Shown here one piece after another: positions 38,475 to 48,675 of a DNA stretch of 64,000 nucleotides. A model generated the notes under the pieces. It saw only the letters and a list, made by a program, of their open reading frames with translations. It was not told the DNA's origin and ran no database searches. This DNA comes from Candidatus Omnitrophota bacterium (GTDB lineage Bacteria; Omnitrophota; Omnitrophia; Omnitrophales; Aquincolibacteriaceae): assembly GCA_903856085.1 (NCBI GenBank), contig CAIOAT010000028.1, positions 2,676 to 66,675 on the forward strand, written 5' to 3'. Every line of letters begins with the position of its first letter. Positions within the stretch are counted from its first letter, which is position 1. The translations under genes and the position numbers were made by a program.

Positions 38475-38840
38475 GTGAAAAGATCCTCTAAAACATGGGT
38501 CGCACTTCTTGCTCTTCTTGTATTCTCCTTTCCGTTGATGGCGGCTGAGGTCGAAGTCCAGGGCGAAGGGACGCCGCAGCGAAAACTTCAACGTGGATTC
38601 CTCAATATCGCGCTTTCTCCCGTCGAGATCTCTAACGAGCTTTCCAAAGAAGTCCGCAACGACACGTTTCCTCCGAGCTGGGTCGCAGGATTAGGACGCG
38701 GTTCGATCTACGCTGTGGGGCGTGCTCTGGTGGGGATTTATGAAATAGTGACCTTCCCAATCCCATATCCGGCACATTACCAACCGGTCCTCCAGCCCGA
38801 ATTCGAGTGGCAACATCTGCCTTCCTCCGACAAAAAGTAG
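38475..38840 (+). CDS. small secreted hypothetical protein (possibly exosortase-associated TIGR04073-like)
   Basis: GTG start with AGGTG SD. Signal peptide WVALLALLVFSFPLMAAE. Motif LQRGFLNIALSPVEI...GRALVGIYEIVTFPIPYP. The family name is recalled with low confidence. Confidence 0.4.
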   Translation: MKRSSKTWVALLALLVFSFPLMAAEVEVQGEGTPQRKLQRGFLNIALSPVEISNELSKEVRNDTFPPSWVAGLGRGSIYAVGRALVGIYEIVTFPIPYPAHYQPVLQPEFEWQHLPSSDKK

Positions 38841-38920
38841 ACTAGGGACAGATTTATTCCTGAATCCAAAAAGTTTTTGAGATTAGATCAGGGGAGAGTT
38901 TGTCAGCAAAGGCCGAAAGT

Positions 38921-40051
38921 TTAGCCGAGCAGATTGACAACTTCCTTCGCCGCTCGCGCGCTCGCGCCCTTTTCTCCGAGTTTCTCCCGGACCTGGCGGA
39001 ATTCCTCTTTCATCTTCTGTTGCAGCTCAGAGCTCTGGAGAAATACTTTTGCTTCGTGGGCGAGCGTTTCAGGATGGGCATCCTGTTGGATGAACTCTGG
39101 GACCACTCGATCCTCCGCAAGGAGGTTCACGAGGCCTAGGTAGGGGACTTTGATGAGGTGCCTGCCAAGGAAGTAGGTGGACCAGCTTGCCTTGTAGAGG
39201 AGAAAGAACGGCGTACCGATAAGTGCGGTTTCAAGCGTGGCGGTTCCGGAGGCTACATAGGCGAAATCCATAGCTTTCACGAGCTCATAGAAGGAAGTCG
39301 CGGGGCATTCAATCTTGAAAGATATCTGCTGAAGTAGTTCGTCATAGACTTCGGGGCGTACATTTGGTGATTTTGAGATGAAAAAGCGAGCTTCGGGAAA
39401 GTCCTTGCGGAGATGGGAAGCCGCTTGGAGCATGACCGGCAGGATGCGTTTGACCTCTTTTTCCCGTGAGCCCGAAAAAAGGCCGATCGCTTTTTGGCCC
39501 GGAACGATCCCGATTTTGGCCCTGAGTGTTCCGGCCTCCGGAAGTTCAGGGATCGCGTCTAACAGAGGATGCCCCACAAACTTTACGGCCACGCCTTCCT
39601 TTTCATAGAATTCTTTTTCAAAGGGCAGGATCACGAGCATTTCCCGAATGTGCTTTTTGACAATATGGATCCGGCGTTTTCCCCATGCCCAAAGCTGCGG
39701 GGAGATGTAATAAAGGACGGGAGTCGCGGCGGAGATCTTTTTAGCGAGCCGGAGATTGAACGCCGGGGAATCGATCAGGATCACGGCGTCCGGTTTTTCA
39801 TGGCGGATATGTTCGAGCGTTTCGTTAAAGATTTTAAGATACTTAAAATAATTCCTGAGAACGTCGCCCAAGCCAAGCGCAGAGATCTTCGTCATGTCAT
39901 GGAAGATCTGCATGCCCGTCTTTTGCATTCTGGCGCCGCCCACACCGCAGAAAACCGCATTCGGAACGAGCTTTTGGATCTCGGAAATAAGATGAGCGCC
40001 GTGAAGGTCGCCTGAGGCTTCGCAGGCGACGAGAAAGATCTTCTTGGTCAT
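38921..40051 (-). CDS. lpxB: lipid-A-disaccharide synthase
   Basis: MTKKIFLVACEASGDLHGAHLI... N-terminus and the ISPQLWAW motif. 376 aa. Confidence 0.85.
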   Translation of the reverse strand: MTKKIFLVACEASGDLHGAHLISEIQKLVPNAVFCGVGGARMQKTGMQIFHDMTKISALGLGDVLRNYFKYLKIFNETLEHIRHEKPDAVILIDSPAFNLRLAKKISAATPVLYYISPQLWAWGKRRIHIVKKHIREMLVILPFEKEFYEKEGVAVKFVGHPLLDAIPELPEAGTLRAKIGIVPGQKAIGLFSGSREKEVKRILPVMLQAASHLRKDFPEARFFISKSPNVRPEVYDELLQQISFKIECPATSFYELVKAMDFAYVASGTATLETALIGTPFFLLYKASWSTYFLGRHLIKVPYLGLVNLLAEDRVVPEFIQQDAHPETLAHEAKVFLQSSELQQKMKEEFRQVREKLGEKGASARAAKEVVNLLG

Positions 40052-41016
40052 GGTTTTGAATGAACCGTGGGCTTGGGTTGCTCTGCCTGGACTCTGCGTG
40101 CGATTTCCAGAGCCAGTTTCAGCGCGTCGCGGGCTGCGGTGTCAGGATGGCCAAGACTCTTGCCGGATCGGATATTTGCGAGAAAAAACTTCAATTCCTC
40201 TTTGAGGGGTTCGGCTTTTTCGATGTCCACGATCTCTGGAACGATTTCCGCGCCATTTTTACGGAAGATCTTGCAGCTTTGCGCGGCGAAATCAAGCGAG
40301 ATGTAGGCGTCCTCCTGGAAGATGCGGATCTTGCGCTGTTTTTCGAATGTGAGACGCGAGGCTGTGATGTCCGCGACTGCGCCATTCTTGAACTTCATGC
40401 GGACATTTGCGATATCCTCAAAAGGGGTGAGTACGTTCACGCCGATGGCGTCAAAGCTTGCCACTTCGGATTTTACAAGCCCGAGTACGATATCCAGATC
40501 ATGGATCATAAGATCGAGTACCACGCCGCAGTCATTGATTCGGCCAGTGAAGGGACCGAGGCGATGGATCTCAAGAAAACGGATATTCTTGGCGATCTCT
40601 TCAATGCGTTTGAATCCGGGATTATGGCGTTCAATGTGTCCAACCTGGAGCGCGCAATTTTTTTTCCGGGCGAGATCAAGAAGTTCGTCCGCTTCTTCGA
40701 GCTTCAACGTGATGGGTTTTTCGATCAGGGTATGGATACCGGCTTTAAGGAAATCCTTGGCGACTGTATAGTGAGTTGATGTCGGGGTAGCGATGCTCAC
40801 GGCGTCAACCTTGCCGATCAGTTCGCGCGGATCCTGAAAATAGGCAGTGCCGAGCTCCGTGGCTTTTTCAGCCTTGGCGGGGTCACTGTCTGAGATACCG
40901 ACCAATTCAGACTCGGGGAGGTCACGATAGATTCGGGCATGTTCCTTGCCTAAGTGTCCCACGCCGACCACGCCGACTTTGAGGGGTGCTGTCATCCTAA
41001 ATCCTTCACATCTCAT
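40048..41016 (-). CDS. Gfo/Idh/MocA-family NAD(P)-dependent oxidoreductase, co-transcribed with lpxB
   Basis: Rossmann N-terminus LKVGVVGVGHLGKEHARIY and the IEKP motif. 4-nt overlap with lpxB. The likely start is the ATG at 40995. Confidence 0.8.
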   Translation of the reverse strand: MRCEGFRMTAPLKVGVVGVGHLGKEHARIYRDLPESELVGISDSDPAKAEKATELGTAYFQDPRELIGKVDAVSIATPTSTHYTVAKDFLKAGIHTLIEKPITLKLEEADELLDLARKKNCALQVGHIERHNPGFKRIEEIAKNIRFLEIHRLGPFTGRINDCGVVLDLMIHDLDIVLGLVKSEVASFDAIGVNVLTPFEDIANVRMKFKNGAVADITASRLTFEKQRKIRIFQEDAYISLDFAAQSCKIFRKNGAEIVPEIVDIEKAEPLKEELKFFLANIRSGKSLGHPDTAARDALKLALEIARRVQAEQPKPTVHSKP

Positions 41017-41115
41017 GGGTTATCTAGAAGAAAACAAGTGGAAGAAGCTTAAATCATAACCTTGAGCAGTGTCAACGAATATGTTACAGTGTCGCTTCAA
41101 ATCGCGCGGCGCTTC

Positions 41116-41157
41116 GCGTACGGAGTACGGCATCAGGGTACTCCTCACACCGTACGC
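41116..41157. promoter_or_regulatory. compound inverted repeat GCGTACGGAGTAC-ggcatcagg-GTACTCC-tcaca-CCGTACGC in the divergent oxidoreductase/msbA region
   Basis: Seen in sequence. Confidence 0.4.
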
Positions 41158-41196
41158 TGTGCGTCTTACAACAGACTCCTTACTGAGGACTTTTTC

Positions 41197-42960
41197 ATGG
41201 ATATCTATAAAAGATTATTGAACTATGTGAAGCCGTACCGTTGGCGTCTCGCCATCGCTTTTCTGTGCATGCTCGCTTTTTCGATAGCGAATTCGCTTGT
41301 CTCGGTCGCTATCTATGTTGTTACGAAAGGGTTTGTTCAGAAGAATCAGGTCGTCGTCGACAACGTCCCTTATCTTTCAAAATATTTCCCCAAGATATCC
41401 TCGGTAGCGCTGCCCATTATTTGGATTCCGATCATTCTGGTTTGCGTGTTCATCTTGCGCGGTTTTTTTGATTATGTCTCGAATTATCAAATGTCCAATG
41501 TGGGGATTCTCGCAGTCCGTAAGGTCCGGGACGATCTTTACCGGCATCTGGTCTATCTTTCCCATGACTTTTATGCGAAGGGACGTACCGGGGATTTTTT
41601 GAGTCGTATTACGAACGATGTGGGTCAGATCCAGGGCGCGATCACGGACGTGATCACCGATCTTGTCAAACAGCCACTCGTCATTCTTTTCAATATCCCT
41701 TTTATTTTTATGTGGGGTGGGAAATATGCACTTATCGCGATCATCATCTTTCCGCTGGTGGCGATCCCTATCGTGCTTTTGGGCAAGCAACTTCGGAAAC
41801 TGACGAAAAAAATGCAGGAGCGCACCGGGGATATCACCTCCTTCATCGGAGAGACTCTGGCTGGGGCTCATATCGTAAAGTCCTTTACGAGCGAAGAAAG
41901 AGAGATTCACCGTTTTGAGGAGATCAATGAAAGTGTTTTCGAGTTCTTCAGAAGGACCATCAAGGTCACGATCATCCAGCGCCCTTTGATCGAAGTGATC
42001 GGCGCGGTCGGCGCTGGGTTTGCGGTGTTGTTTGGGATCAAATATCTGCCGCCGGAACGGTTCGCGGCCTTTTTCATCTCTTTGTACATTTGCTATGAAC
42101 CTCTCAAAAAAATAAGCAAGGTGAATAGTACCATTCAGCAGTCCATTGCCTCGGGGCAGCGTATTTTTGAGGTGTTGGACTCCAAGCCCACGATCCATGA
42201 CAAGCCCGGCGCCCTCGTCTTTTCGGAGGTGGTCCGCGAGATCAGCTATGAGCATGTGGGTTTTTATTATGAATTCGATAAATGGGTTCTCAAGGATATC
42301 GACGTCAAGGCTAGACAAAATGAGGTGATCGCATTTGTGGGCGCGAGTGGTTCCGGGAAGACCACCCTCATAAGTTTGCTCCTTCGTTTTTATGATCCGG
42401 TCGAAGGCTTGATCAAGATCAACGGCAAGGACATTCGGGATCTGACACTTCACTCCTTAAGGAACTTGATCGGGATCGTGTCGCAAGAGACCGTGCTGTT
42501 TAATTGCACGATCCGGGAGAATATTGCTTATGGACGTCCTGACGCGAGTTTAGAAGATGTGAAACGAGCCGCGGAGATTGCGTATGCCAACCACTTTATC
42601 GAAGCCCTTCCTCAAGGGTACGATACTCCGCTGGGGGACAGAGGCCTCAAGCTTTCGGGCGGCGAGCGCCAACGTATTGCGATTGCAAGGGCTCTTTTGA
42701 AGGATCCGCCGATCTTAATCCTTGATGAGGCGACTTCACATCTTGATACCCAAAGCGAGAAAGAAGTTCAGGGCGCTTTGGAGAACCTCATGAAAGCCCG
42801 CACCGTGCTCGTGATCGCCCACCGTCTCTCTACCATCCAGAAAGCGGACCGCATTCTTGTGATGGATAAGGGGCAGATCGTCCAGCAGGGAACGAATGAG
42901 TTTCTTTTGCGATTGGGCGGAATGTATAAGAAGCTTTACGACCTGCAGTTCAACCTCTGA
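41197..42960 (+). CDS. msbA: ABC exporter, fused TMD-NBD, MsbA-like (lipid A flippase family)
   Basis: 6-TM domain, then Walker A GASGSGKTT, signature LSGGERQRIAIARAL and Walker B ILILDEATS. GAGGA SD 7 nt before the ATG at 41197. Confidence 0.8.
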   Translation: MDIYKRLLNYVKPYRWRLAIAFLCMLAFSIANSLVSVAIYVVTKGFVQKNQVVVDNVPYLSKYFPKISSVALPIIWIPIILVCVFILRGFFDYVSNYQMSNVGILAVRKVRDDLYRHLVYLSHDFYAKGRTGDFLSRITNDVGQIQGAITDVITDLVKQPLVILFNIPFIFMWGGKYALIAIIIFPLVAIPIVLLGKQLRKLTKKMQERTGDITSFIGETLAGAHIVKSFTSEEREIHRFEEINESVFEFFRRTIKVTIIQRPLIEVIGAVGAGFAVLFGIKYLPPERFAAFFISLYICYEPLKKISKVNSTIQQSIASGQRIFEVLDSKPTIHDKPGALVFSEVVREISYEHVGFYYEFDKWVLKDIDVKARQNEVIAFVGASGSGKTTLISLLLRFYDPVEGLIKINGKDIRDLTLHSLRNLIGIVSQETVLFNCTIRENIAYGRPDASLEDVKRAAEIAYANHFIEALPQGYDTPLGDRGLKLSGGERQRIAIARALLKDPPILILDEATSHLDTQSEKEVQGALENLMKARTVLVIAHRLSTIQKADRILVMDKGQIVQQGTNEFLLRLGGMYKKLYDLQFNL

Positions 42961-43146
42961 TCAGGTCTCTCGACCTGGCCGATTTTTTGTGATCAAAGGG
43001 GCGATGTCCTCTCAGCTATTTATAGCGATCCTGATCTTTTCTATTAATGATCAACATTCTCTGCGTGATGCACTCCTTGTCTATTTGCCATTTTCAAGAT
43101 GGGGTGTTAGGCTTTTTCCAGCGTATTCCTAAAATTAGGAAGGGGA

Positions 43147-46100
43147 ATGAAAATAGCTCCTATGAAATGCATCTTCTCGCCAAAGAAAATCGTCTTTAAA
43201 ACGACGGCGCTTTTGACAGCCGTTTTTTTTATCTTTAGCGGAATTATTGTTCCCTCCGCTTTTGCGTTGTTGAACGAACTCACACTTAATGAAGCGCAGA
43301 AGCCTGTGTCGACGCTCACACTCGAGCAGGCGAATGCTCAGACTCCTGCCGTGCAGAGAGTGGTCCCATCAGGTGTTGCTCTGCAGAATTCAGATCCGCT
43401 CTTTCTTCCCGAAAATCCTCCCCTTAACGATGAACCCCAAGCCGCGGCGCAGACTTTTAACGTTCACAAGGGCGAATCCATTCAGGCCTCCATTGACCAG
43501 GCTCAGACAGGGGATACTGTCTATATCAATGCGGGAACTTATTATGAACACATTAGCTTGAAAGCCGGGGTCGTTTTGAAGGGCGAGGACAAAAAGACCA
43601 CGGTTATTGACGGAGGTTATGATTCCGGTTCTCCTGTGATCCGGGCGCTTGGGGATAACGTGATCGAGAATCTCACCATTACCGGCGCAAAAGACACTCA
43701 AGGTCAGATTTCAGGCGCGATTAGGATCGAGGGCGATCACGTGACCGTCCGTGACAACAAGATCTTGTTCAATCTGAGCGCAGGGGTTTATGTTCAGGCG
43801 GATGTTCTCTATGTTTCGATCGAAGGAAATATTTTCCACGGGAATTCGATCGCCATCAAAGAACCCAAAAATAGAAATACGATCTCATACAATACGATTG
43901 TGGGCTATGAAACAGCTCCCGTTCCACGGATCTCTTCTATTCACTATCTTTCGAGCCAAGGTTTTCAATTGGGGATCGCGTATTCCGAAGGTATCTACTC
44001 TTACCGCATTCAATACTCGGATGATGGAGGTCAAACCTGGAAGTTCGCACAGACAGAGGTCTCGCCCGGAGTTTTTGGGGATCAAATTGTTTTGGCAAAT
44101 CGAGCCGGGATAACCTACTGGACCGATAATGGTTCAACAACAAGCCCGGGGCCGATGGAGGTTGCTATGCGATGGTACCGGACGGTGGTGGCGGAATCAT
44201 TTGTATCGCAGATCGGGATCCAGATCCTTAATGATCATTCACCGGTCATTCACGATAACATCATTGCCCATCAGACGGTGCAGTCGATATGGGAGCAAAC
44301 CGCGACGCCTTTTTCCGGAAATGCCGAGCTTTCAGACAATATTCTCTTTCATAATAATGAAATCGGCGACGCGTCGGGCCCGCATCTTCCTCCGCAAATC
44401 AGCCCGGTAACAGGGATAGGATGGACGGGCGGGAACGTGCTTGCCGATCCGCAATTCGCCGGTCCTTCTCAAGGGGATTACACCGTTCCTGAGACGTCGC
44501 CTGCATTTTACCGGGGCGCTTTTGTTCCCGGGGTCCTGCGATTTGCGCTTGACCGGGCCGATGGGGTGCACATGCAGACCGGTGCAACCTATACGTTCGA
44601 GAAGATCCTCTCCGGTGGACAACTGACCGGCTGGCGCTTTGTCTACAACGAAGGTTCCATCGAGACATTCGATGTCGATGGAACGAAACACTTGGACTCC
44701 ACGCCGCCTGTAATCGCAATTCTTTCTCCAGGAACCCCCACCCATCAGGTTGCTTATCAGCTTGTTTATACCGTTGACGGCGTCCAGCAAACCGAACTCC
44801 GGACCTTGGTGGAGGGTGCGAACGCTTTGACCGTCTTCGCCTCTGATATTTTCGGGAATTGGACATCGCAGAATGCCAGCGTCACTCTGGATACCGTGGC
44901 TCCTTCGGGAAGCGTTTTGATCAATAATGGGGATGCCTCGACCGGTTCCACCGCCGTGAATCTGACTCTGACCGGTTCGGACCTGACGTCCGGTGTGGAT
45001 ACGATGCGGTTTTCGGTGGATGGCGGCACGACTTGGACTGCGTGGGAAGCGTTTGCCACGACAAAGACCGTAACGCTCAGCGGGAGTTTTGGAACGAAGG
45101 AGGTCCGGTACCAATTGCGCGACAAGGCGGCGAATGTGGCGACGTTTTCGGATACGATCGTTTATGGGGGGGCACCGCCGACGATACCGGTCATGACGTC
45201 CACGGTTCCCGCTTTTACGAACCAGACAACACTGACCCTGTCCGGAACAAAAGGAGCGCAGACTTCAATCCTGATCAACGGGGTTATCGTGGTGCCATTG
45301 GATAATAGCACGACGTGGACGGCCACCGTCAACCTCGGGACCGAAGGGAATAACGCTTTCACGGTCACCAGCAAGAACGGTGCCGGTGACACAAGCGGCC
45401 CCCTTGTGCTGAACGTGACACGTGACATGGCCGCTCCGACCGGAAGCCTCACGGTCAATAGCGGTGCTGCGGCGACATCTTTGCCCAATGTGACGCTTGC
45501 GCTGACGGCGGGCGACGCCACTTCCGGTGTCGATAAAGTCCGCTTTTCCGCAGATGGCGGTAACAACTGGACCGCATGGGAAGTATCGCTCGGCTCGAAA
45601 TCGCTTGCATTGCCTGCGGGCGATGGTACTAAGCAGATCTGGTATCAGGTTAGTGACCGGGCTGGAAATGCTGCAACTTTTTTCAGTTCGATTCTTCTTG
45701 ATACCACGGCGCCTTCCGGTTCGGTGGTGATCAATAATGGGGATGCAAAAACGAATTCGCGCAGCGTGACACTTACGCTCACGGGTTCGGACGCCGGGGC
45801 AGGGCTCGATCAGATGAGATTTTCCGTCGACAACGGGACCACATGGAGCGCCTGGCAGGCAGTAGCGTCCAGCGCGTCCGTGACGCTTGCGGATGTGGAC
45901 GGAACGCAAACGGTGAAATATGAGCTTCGCGACAAGGTGGGGATTTCCGCCGTATTTTCCGACGCGATCATTTTGGAGCGAACGCCTTTGGCAGGGACTG
46001 TTCAGATCAATAATAGCGCGGCTTACACGAATTCCAATGTCGTTTTGGTCCGAATGAATGTAACGGACGGAGTGTCGCAGGTTTCCGAAATGCGTTACTC

Positions 46101-48573
46101 AACGAACGGGACGACGTGGACGGTGTGGCAGGAATACGCCTCTTTTTTTGGCTGCGAATTACCTTCCGGTGACGGGACGAAGACTTTCTATATCCAGGTA
46201 CGTGATCTCCTAGGGAATGTGCTTTCTGTCAGCGATACCATTATTCTGGAAACGGTTGCCCCGACGGGCTCGATCATGATCAATAACGGGGACACAAAAA
46301 CGGATTCACCGAATGTCACGCTCCAGCTTACGGCGGCGGACGCGACTTCCGGCGTCGATACCATGCGTTTTTCCAAGGACGGGGGGACGAATTGGACGGA
46401 GTGGGAGGCTTTTGCTTCGACCAAGACCCTGACGCTTACCGGTGGGACCGGAACGAGGGAAGTCCAGTATCAGGTGAGAGACAAGGCGGGGAATATCGCG
46501 GCCTATGCCGATACGATCTCGTACGATCTGGGGGTTCCCGCAGGAGCTTCGGTTGTTTCTGTCGTCGGCGGAGACAGGCGTCTTTTTGTTCAGAACCGGA
46601 AAGCGGACGGAACGCTCGAGCCGACGGTAGCCTTTGTCGCCAAGGGCGTGAACTGGTCGCCCACTTCGGCGGATTCGAATCCTGATGCGGATCCTCTGAT
46701 TTTCCGGAAAGAATTCCAGAAATGGTATGAGACGGACATTCCACTTATGGCGCAAATGGGCATCAATGTGGTCCGTGTCTATCATGACTTCGGGACCGAT
46801 GCGAATGCGATCAAGGTTCTGGATATGCTTTATCACTACGGGATCAAGGTCATCATGACGGTGGATTCTCCGCTGAGCACCTCCTGCGCGGACTTGAGTA
46901 ATATTTCAGCGGTGGTCAATGCCTACAAGAATCATCCCGCGATCCTGATGTGGGCGGTAGGCAATGAATGGGACATCAACAACTATTACGGAAAATTCAC
47001 CTCGCTACAGGCGTCCGCCGCTTTCACGCAGCAGGCGGCGCAGTTGATCAAGTCGCTTGATGCGAACCATCCCGTCACGACCCTTGTAGCGGATTCGGAC
47101 AATGCGAGAATCGCGGCAGCTTCGCTTGTACTGGCCATCGATGTTTGGGGCATCAATATTTATCGCGAGCAGAGTTTTGGAGAAGCGATATCCCAATGGA
47201 AGGCGGCCTCGAATAAGCCTTTCTATATCGGCGAATTTGGCGCGGACTCCTATGACCACCGGATCAATGCGGAAAATCAGGCCATGCAGGCGCAGATGGA
47301 CGGCCAGCTTTGGGATGAAGCCTATTTTGACCTTTCCGCGGAACGTACGGAGGGAGCGCTGATCGGGGCGCTTGCCTTCGAGTGGAGTGACGAATGGTGG
47401 AAAGGAGGCTCTCCAGGGTCTCACACGGTCAGCCCTGAGTCGAGCGTGGGTCAGCCGGACGGACACAACGATGAAAAATGGTTCGGGATCGTGGATGTTA
47501 ACCGGAACCTCAAGCAGGCCTATGCGGCGATCCAAGGCCGATTTCAGAATATTCCCGGCGCTGTTCAAACGAATGCTACGCCGCTCATCACCGTGATTTC
47601 GCAACAGGATACCTGGAATGGTTCTGCCCGGATCAAGCTAGAAGATAAGACTCTCTCCTATCGAATGGGCGGAATTACCGTGGCGGTTATTGATGGGAAT
47701 ACGGGGATCCGCCTGAGTGATGTGAGGACCTTCAACACGAGTGGGGATATCGCGAACATGACCGCCATGATCGATTACATCAATAGCCTCCCGTATGGAG
47801 CGGTCCTTGCGATATCAATCGGAGGCGAGGGAGGGTTTACGAATCCGAATGGGGTTCCATGGAATAATCCGGCTGTGGAGCAGGCTTATCAGTTGTTCGA
47901 GTCGCTCGGCAGTCAGAAAATTCGCAGCGTGAAGTTGTGGTATGGGTGGGCGATGATTACCGTGAAGGGGCAAGGAGTTGCTTTGGCCGAAGATTTTTCG
48001 GTGTCGGCGGGCCAATATAGCCTTACCCCCGTGACAGTGAGCGCTCGGATTACTCCGCCGCTGCCCTTGAACCCGGACGCAGGGCGCCGTTCAACGGTTT
48101 TAACGGCTGCGTCTCAAACGTTATCACCTGCTGTTGCTGTCGCAGAGCAGGTGGCTGTGCCACAGCCGCTGGTCCAGCAAACGGTTTCTGTCAGCGAAGT
48201 GGCGCCTCAGACTGTTTTAGTTCCAACTTCTTCGGTGCCGGAACCTATCGCAAGACAATCATTTAAGCGTAGACGATTTTATTTTCGGTCCGTTCCGGTC
48301 TCCAGCAAGCCGAAGGAAGTTGAGAAGAACAACGGTTTCGTGATGCCTCCGACCCAGAGCTTGTTGCCAAGCGACAGCAAAGGATCTAAGGTTAAGGTCC
48401 GTAAGAAGATCACTTCGGCAAAGGTGTTGCCTTTTCACACCGAAAATACGAAGCGGGATATGACCATGGATCTAAAACAAAAATCTCTAGCTTTAACGAA
48501 TGTCTGCGGAGATGCATTTTCCGGCACGGCATTTTGCATGCTCGGGGCTGAGCGTATTCTAGGACAGGATTAA
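43147..48573 (+). CDS. giant secreted multidomain protein: right-handed beta-helix, at least 5 tandem about 95-aa Ig-like repeats, clan GH-A glycoside hydrolase (TIM barrel), GG-lectin/ILEI-like domain, low-complexity C-terminus
   Basis: Signal peptide. Beta-helix repeats (GDTVYINAGTYYEHI..IENLTITGAK). Repeats with consensus APSGSV.INNGD..T.S..VTL.LTG.D..SGVD.MRFS.DGG..W..WE. AVGNEW and IGEFG catalytic-type motifs. ISIGGEGG. Confidence 0.7.
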   Translation: MKIAPMKCIFSPKKIVFKTTALLTAVFFIFSGIIVPSAFALLNELTLNEAQKPVSTLTLEQANAQTPAVQRVVPSGVALQNSDPLFLPENPPLNDEPQAAAQTFNVHKGESIQASIDQAQTGDTVYINAGTYYEHISLKAGVVLKGEDKKTTVIDGGYDSGSPVIRALGDNVIENLTITGAKDTQGQISGAIRIEGDHVTVRDNKILFNLSAGVYVQADVLYVSIEGNIFHGNSIAIKEPKNRNTISYNTIVGYETAPVPRISSIHYLSSQGFQLGIAYSEGIYSYRIQYSDDGGQTWKFAQTEVSPGVFGDQIVLANRAGITYWTDNGSTTSPGPMEVAMRWYRTVVAESFVSQIGIQILNDHSPVIHDNIIAHQTVQSIWEQTATPFSGNAELSDNILFHNNEIGDASGPHLPPQISPVTGIGWTGGNVLADPQFAGPSQGDYTVPETSPAFYRGAFVPGVLRFALDRADGVHMQTGATYTFEKILSGGQLTGWRFVYNEGSIETFDVDGTKHLDSTPPVIAILSPGTPTHQVAYQLVYTVDGVQQTELRTLVEGANALTVFASDIFGNWTSQNASVTLDTVAPSGSVLINNGDASTGSTAVNLTLTGSDLTSGVDTMRFSVDGGTTWTAWEAFATTKTVTLSGSFGTKEVRYQLRDKAANVATFSDTIVYGGAPPTIPVMTSTVPAFTNQTTLTLSGTKGAQTSILINGVIVVPLDNSTTWTATVNLGTEGNNAFTVTSKNGAGDTSGPLVLNVTRDMAAPTGSLTVNSGAAATSLPNVTLALTAGDATSGVDKVRFSADGGNNWTAWEVSLGSKSLALPAGDGTKQIWYQVSDRAGNAATFFSSILLDTTAPSGSVVINNGDAKTNSRSVTLTLTGSDAGAGLDQMRFSVDNGTTWSAWQAVASSASVTLADVDGTQTVKYELRDKVGISAVFSDAIILERTPLAGTVQINNSAAYTNSNVVLVRMNVTDGVSQVSEMRYSTNGTTWTVWQEYASFFGCELPSGDGTKTFYIQVRDLLGNVLSVSDTIILETVAPTGSIMINNGDTKTDSPNVTLQLTAADATSGVDTMRFSKDGGTNWTEWEAFASTKTLTLTGGTGTREVQYQVRDKAGNIAAYADTISYDLGVPAGASVVSVVGGDRRLFVQNRKADGTLEPTVAFVAKGVNWSPTSADSNPDADPLIFRKEFQKWYETDIPLMAQMGINVVRVYHDFGTDANAIKVLDMLYHYGIKVIMTVDSPLSTSCADLSNISAVVNAYKNHPAILMWAVGNEWDINNYYGKFTSLQASAAFTQQAAQLIKSLDANHPVTTLVADSDNARIAAASLVLAIDVWGINIYREQSFGEAISQWKAASNKPFYIGEFGADSYDHRINAENQAMQAQMDGQLWDEAYFDLSAERTEGALIGALAFEWSDEWWKGGSPGSHTVSPESSVGQPDGHNDEKWFGIVDVNRNLKQAYAAIQGRFQNIPGAVQTNATPLITVISQQDTWNGSARIKLEDKTLSYRMGGITVAVIDGNTGIRLSDVRTFNTSGDIANMTAMIDYINSLPYGAVLAISIGGEGGFTNPNGVPWNNPAVEQAYQLFESLGSQKIRSVKLWYGWAMITVKGQGVALAEDFSVSAGQYSLTPVTVSARITPPLPLNPDAGRRSTVLTAASQTLSPAVAVAEQVAVPQPLVQQTVSVSEVAPQTVLVPTSSVPEPIARQSFKRRRFYFRSVPVSSKPKEVEKNNGFVMPPTQSLLPSDSKGSKVKVRKKITSAKVLPFHTENTKRDMTMDLKQKSLALTNVCGDAFSGTAFCMLGAERILGQD

Positions 48574-48625
48574 CTCGCGCTACAGTTCGAACGGGGAGAA
48601 GTGCCGTTTCGTAGAGACACAAAAA

Positions 48626-48654
48626 AGCCAAGCTTACATAGCTTGGCTTTTTTA
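48626..48654. terminator. bidirectional rho-independent terminator between convergent genes
   Basis: A6-AGCCAAGCT-tacat-AGCTTGGCT-T5. Confidence 0.7.
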
Positions 48655-48675
48655 TTTCAATCTGAAGTCGTCTGA

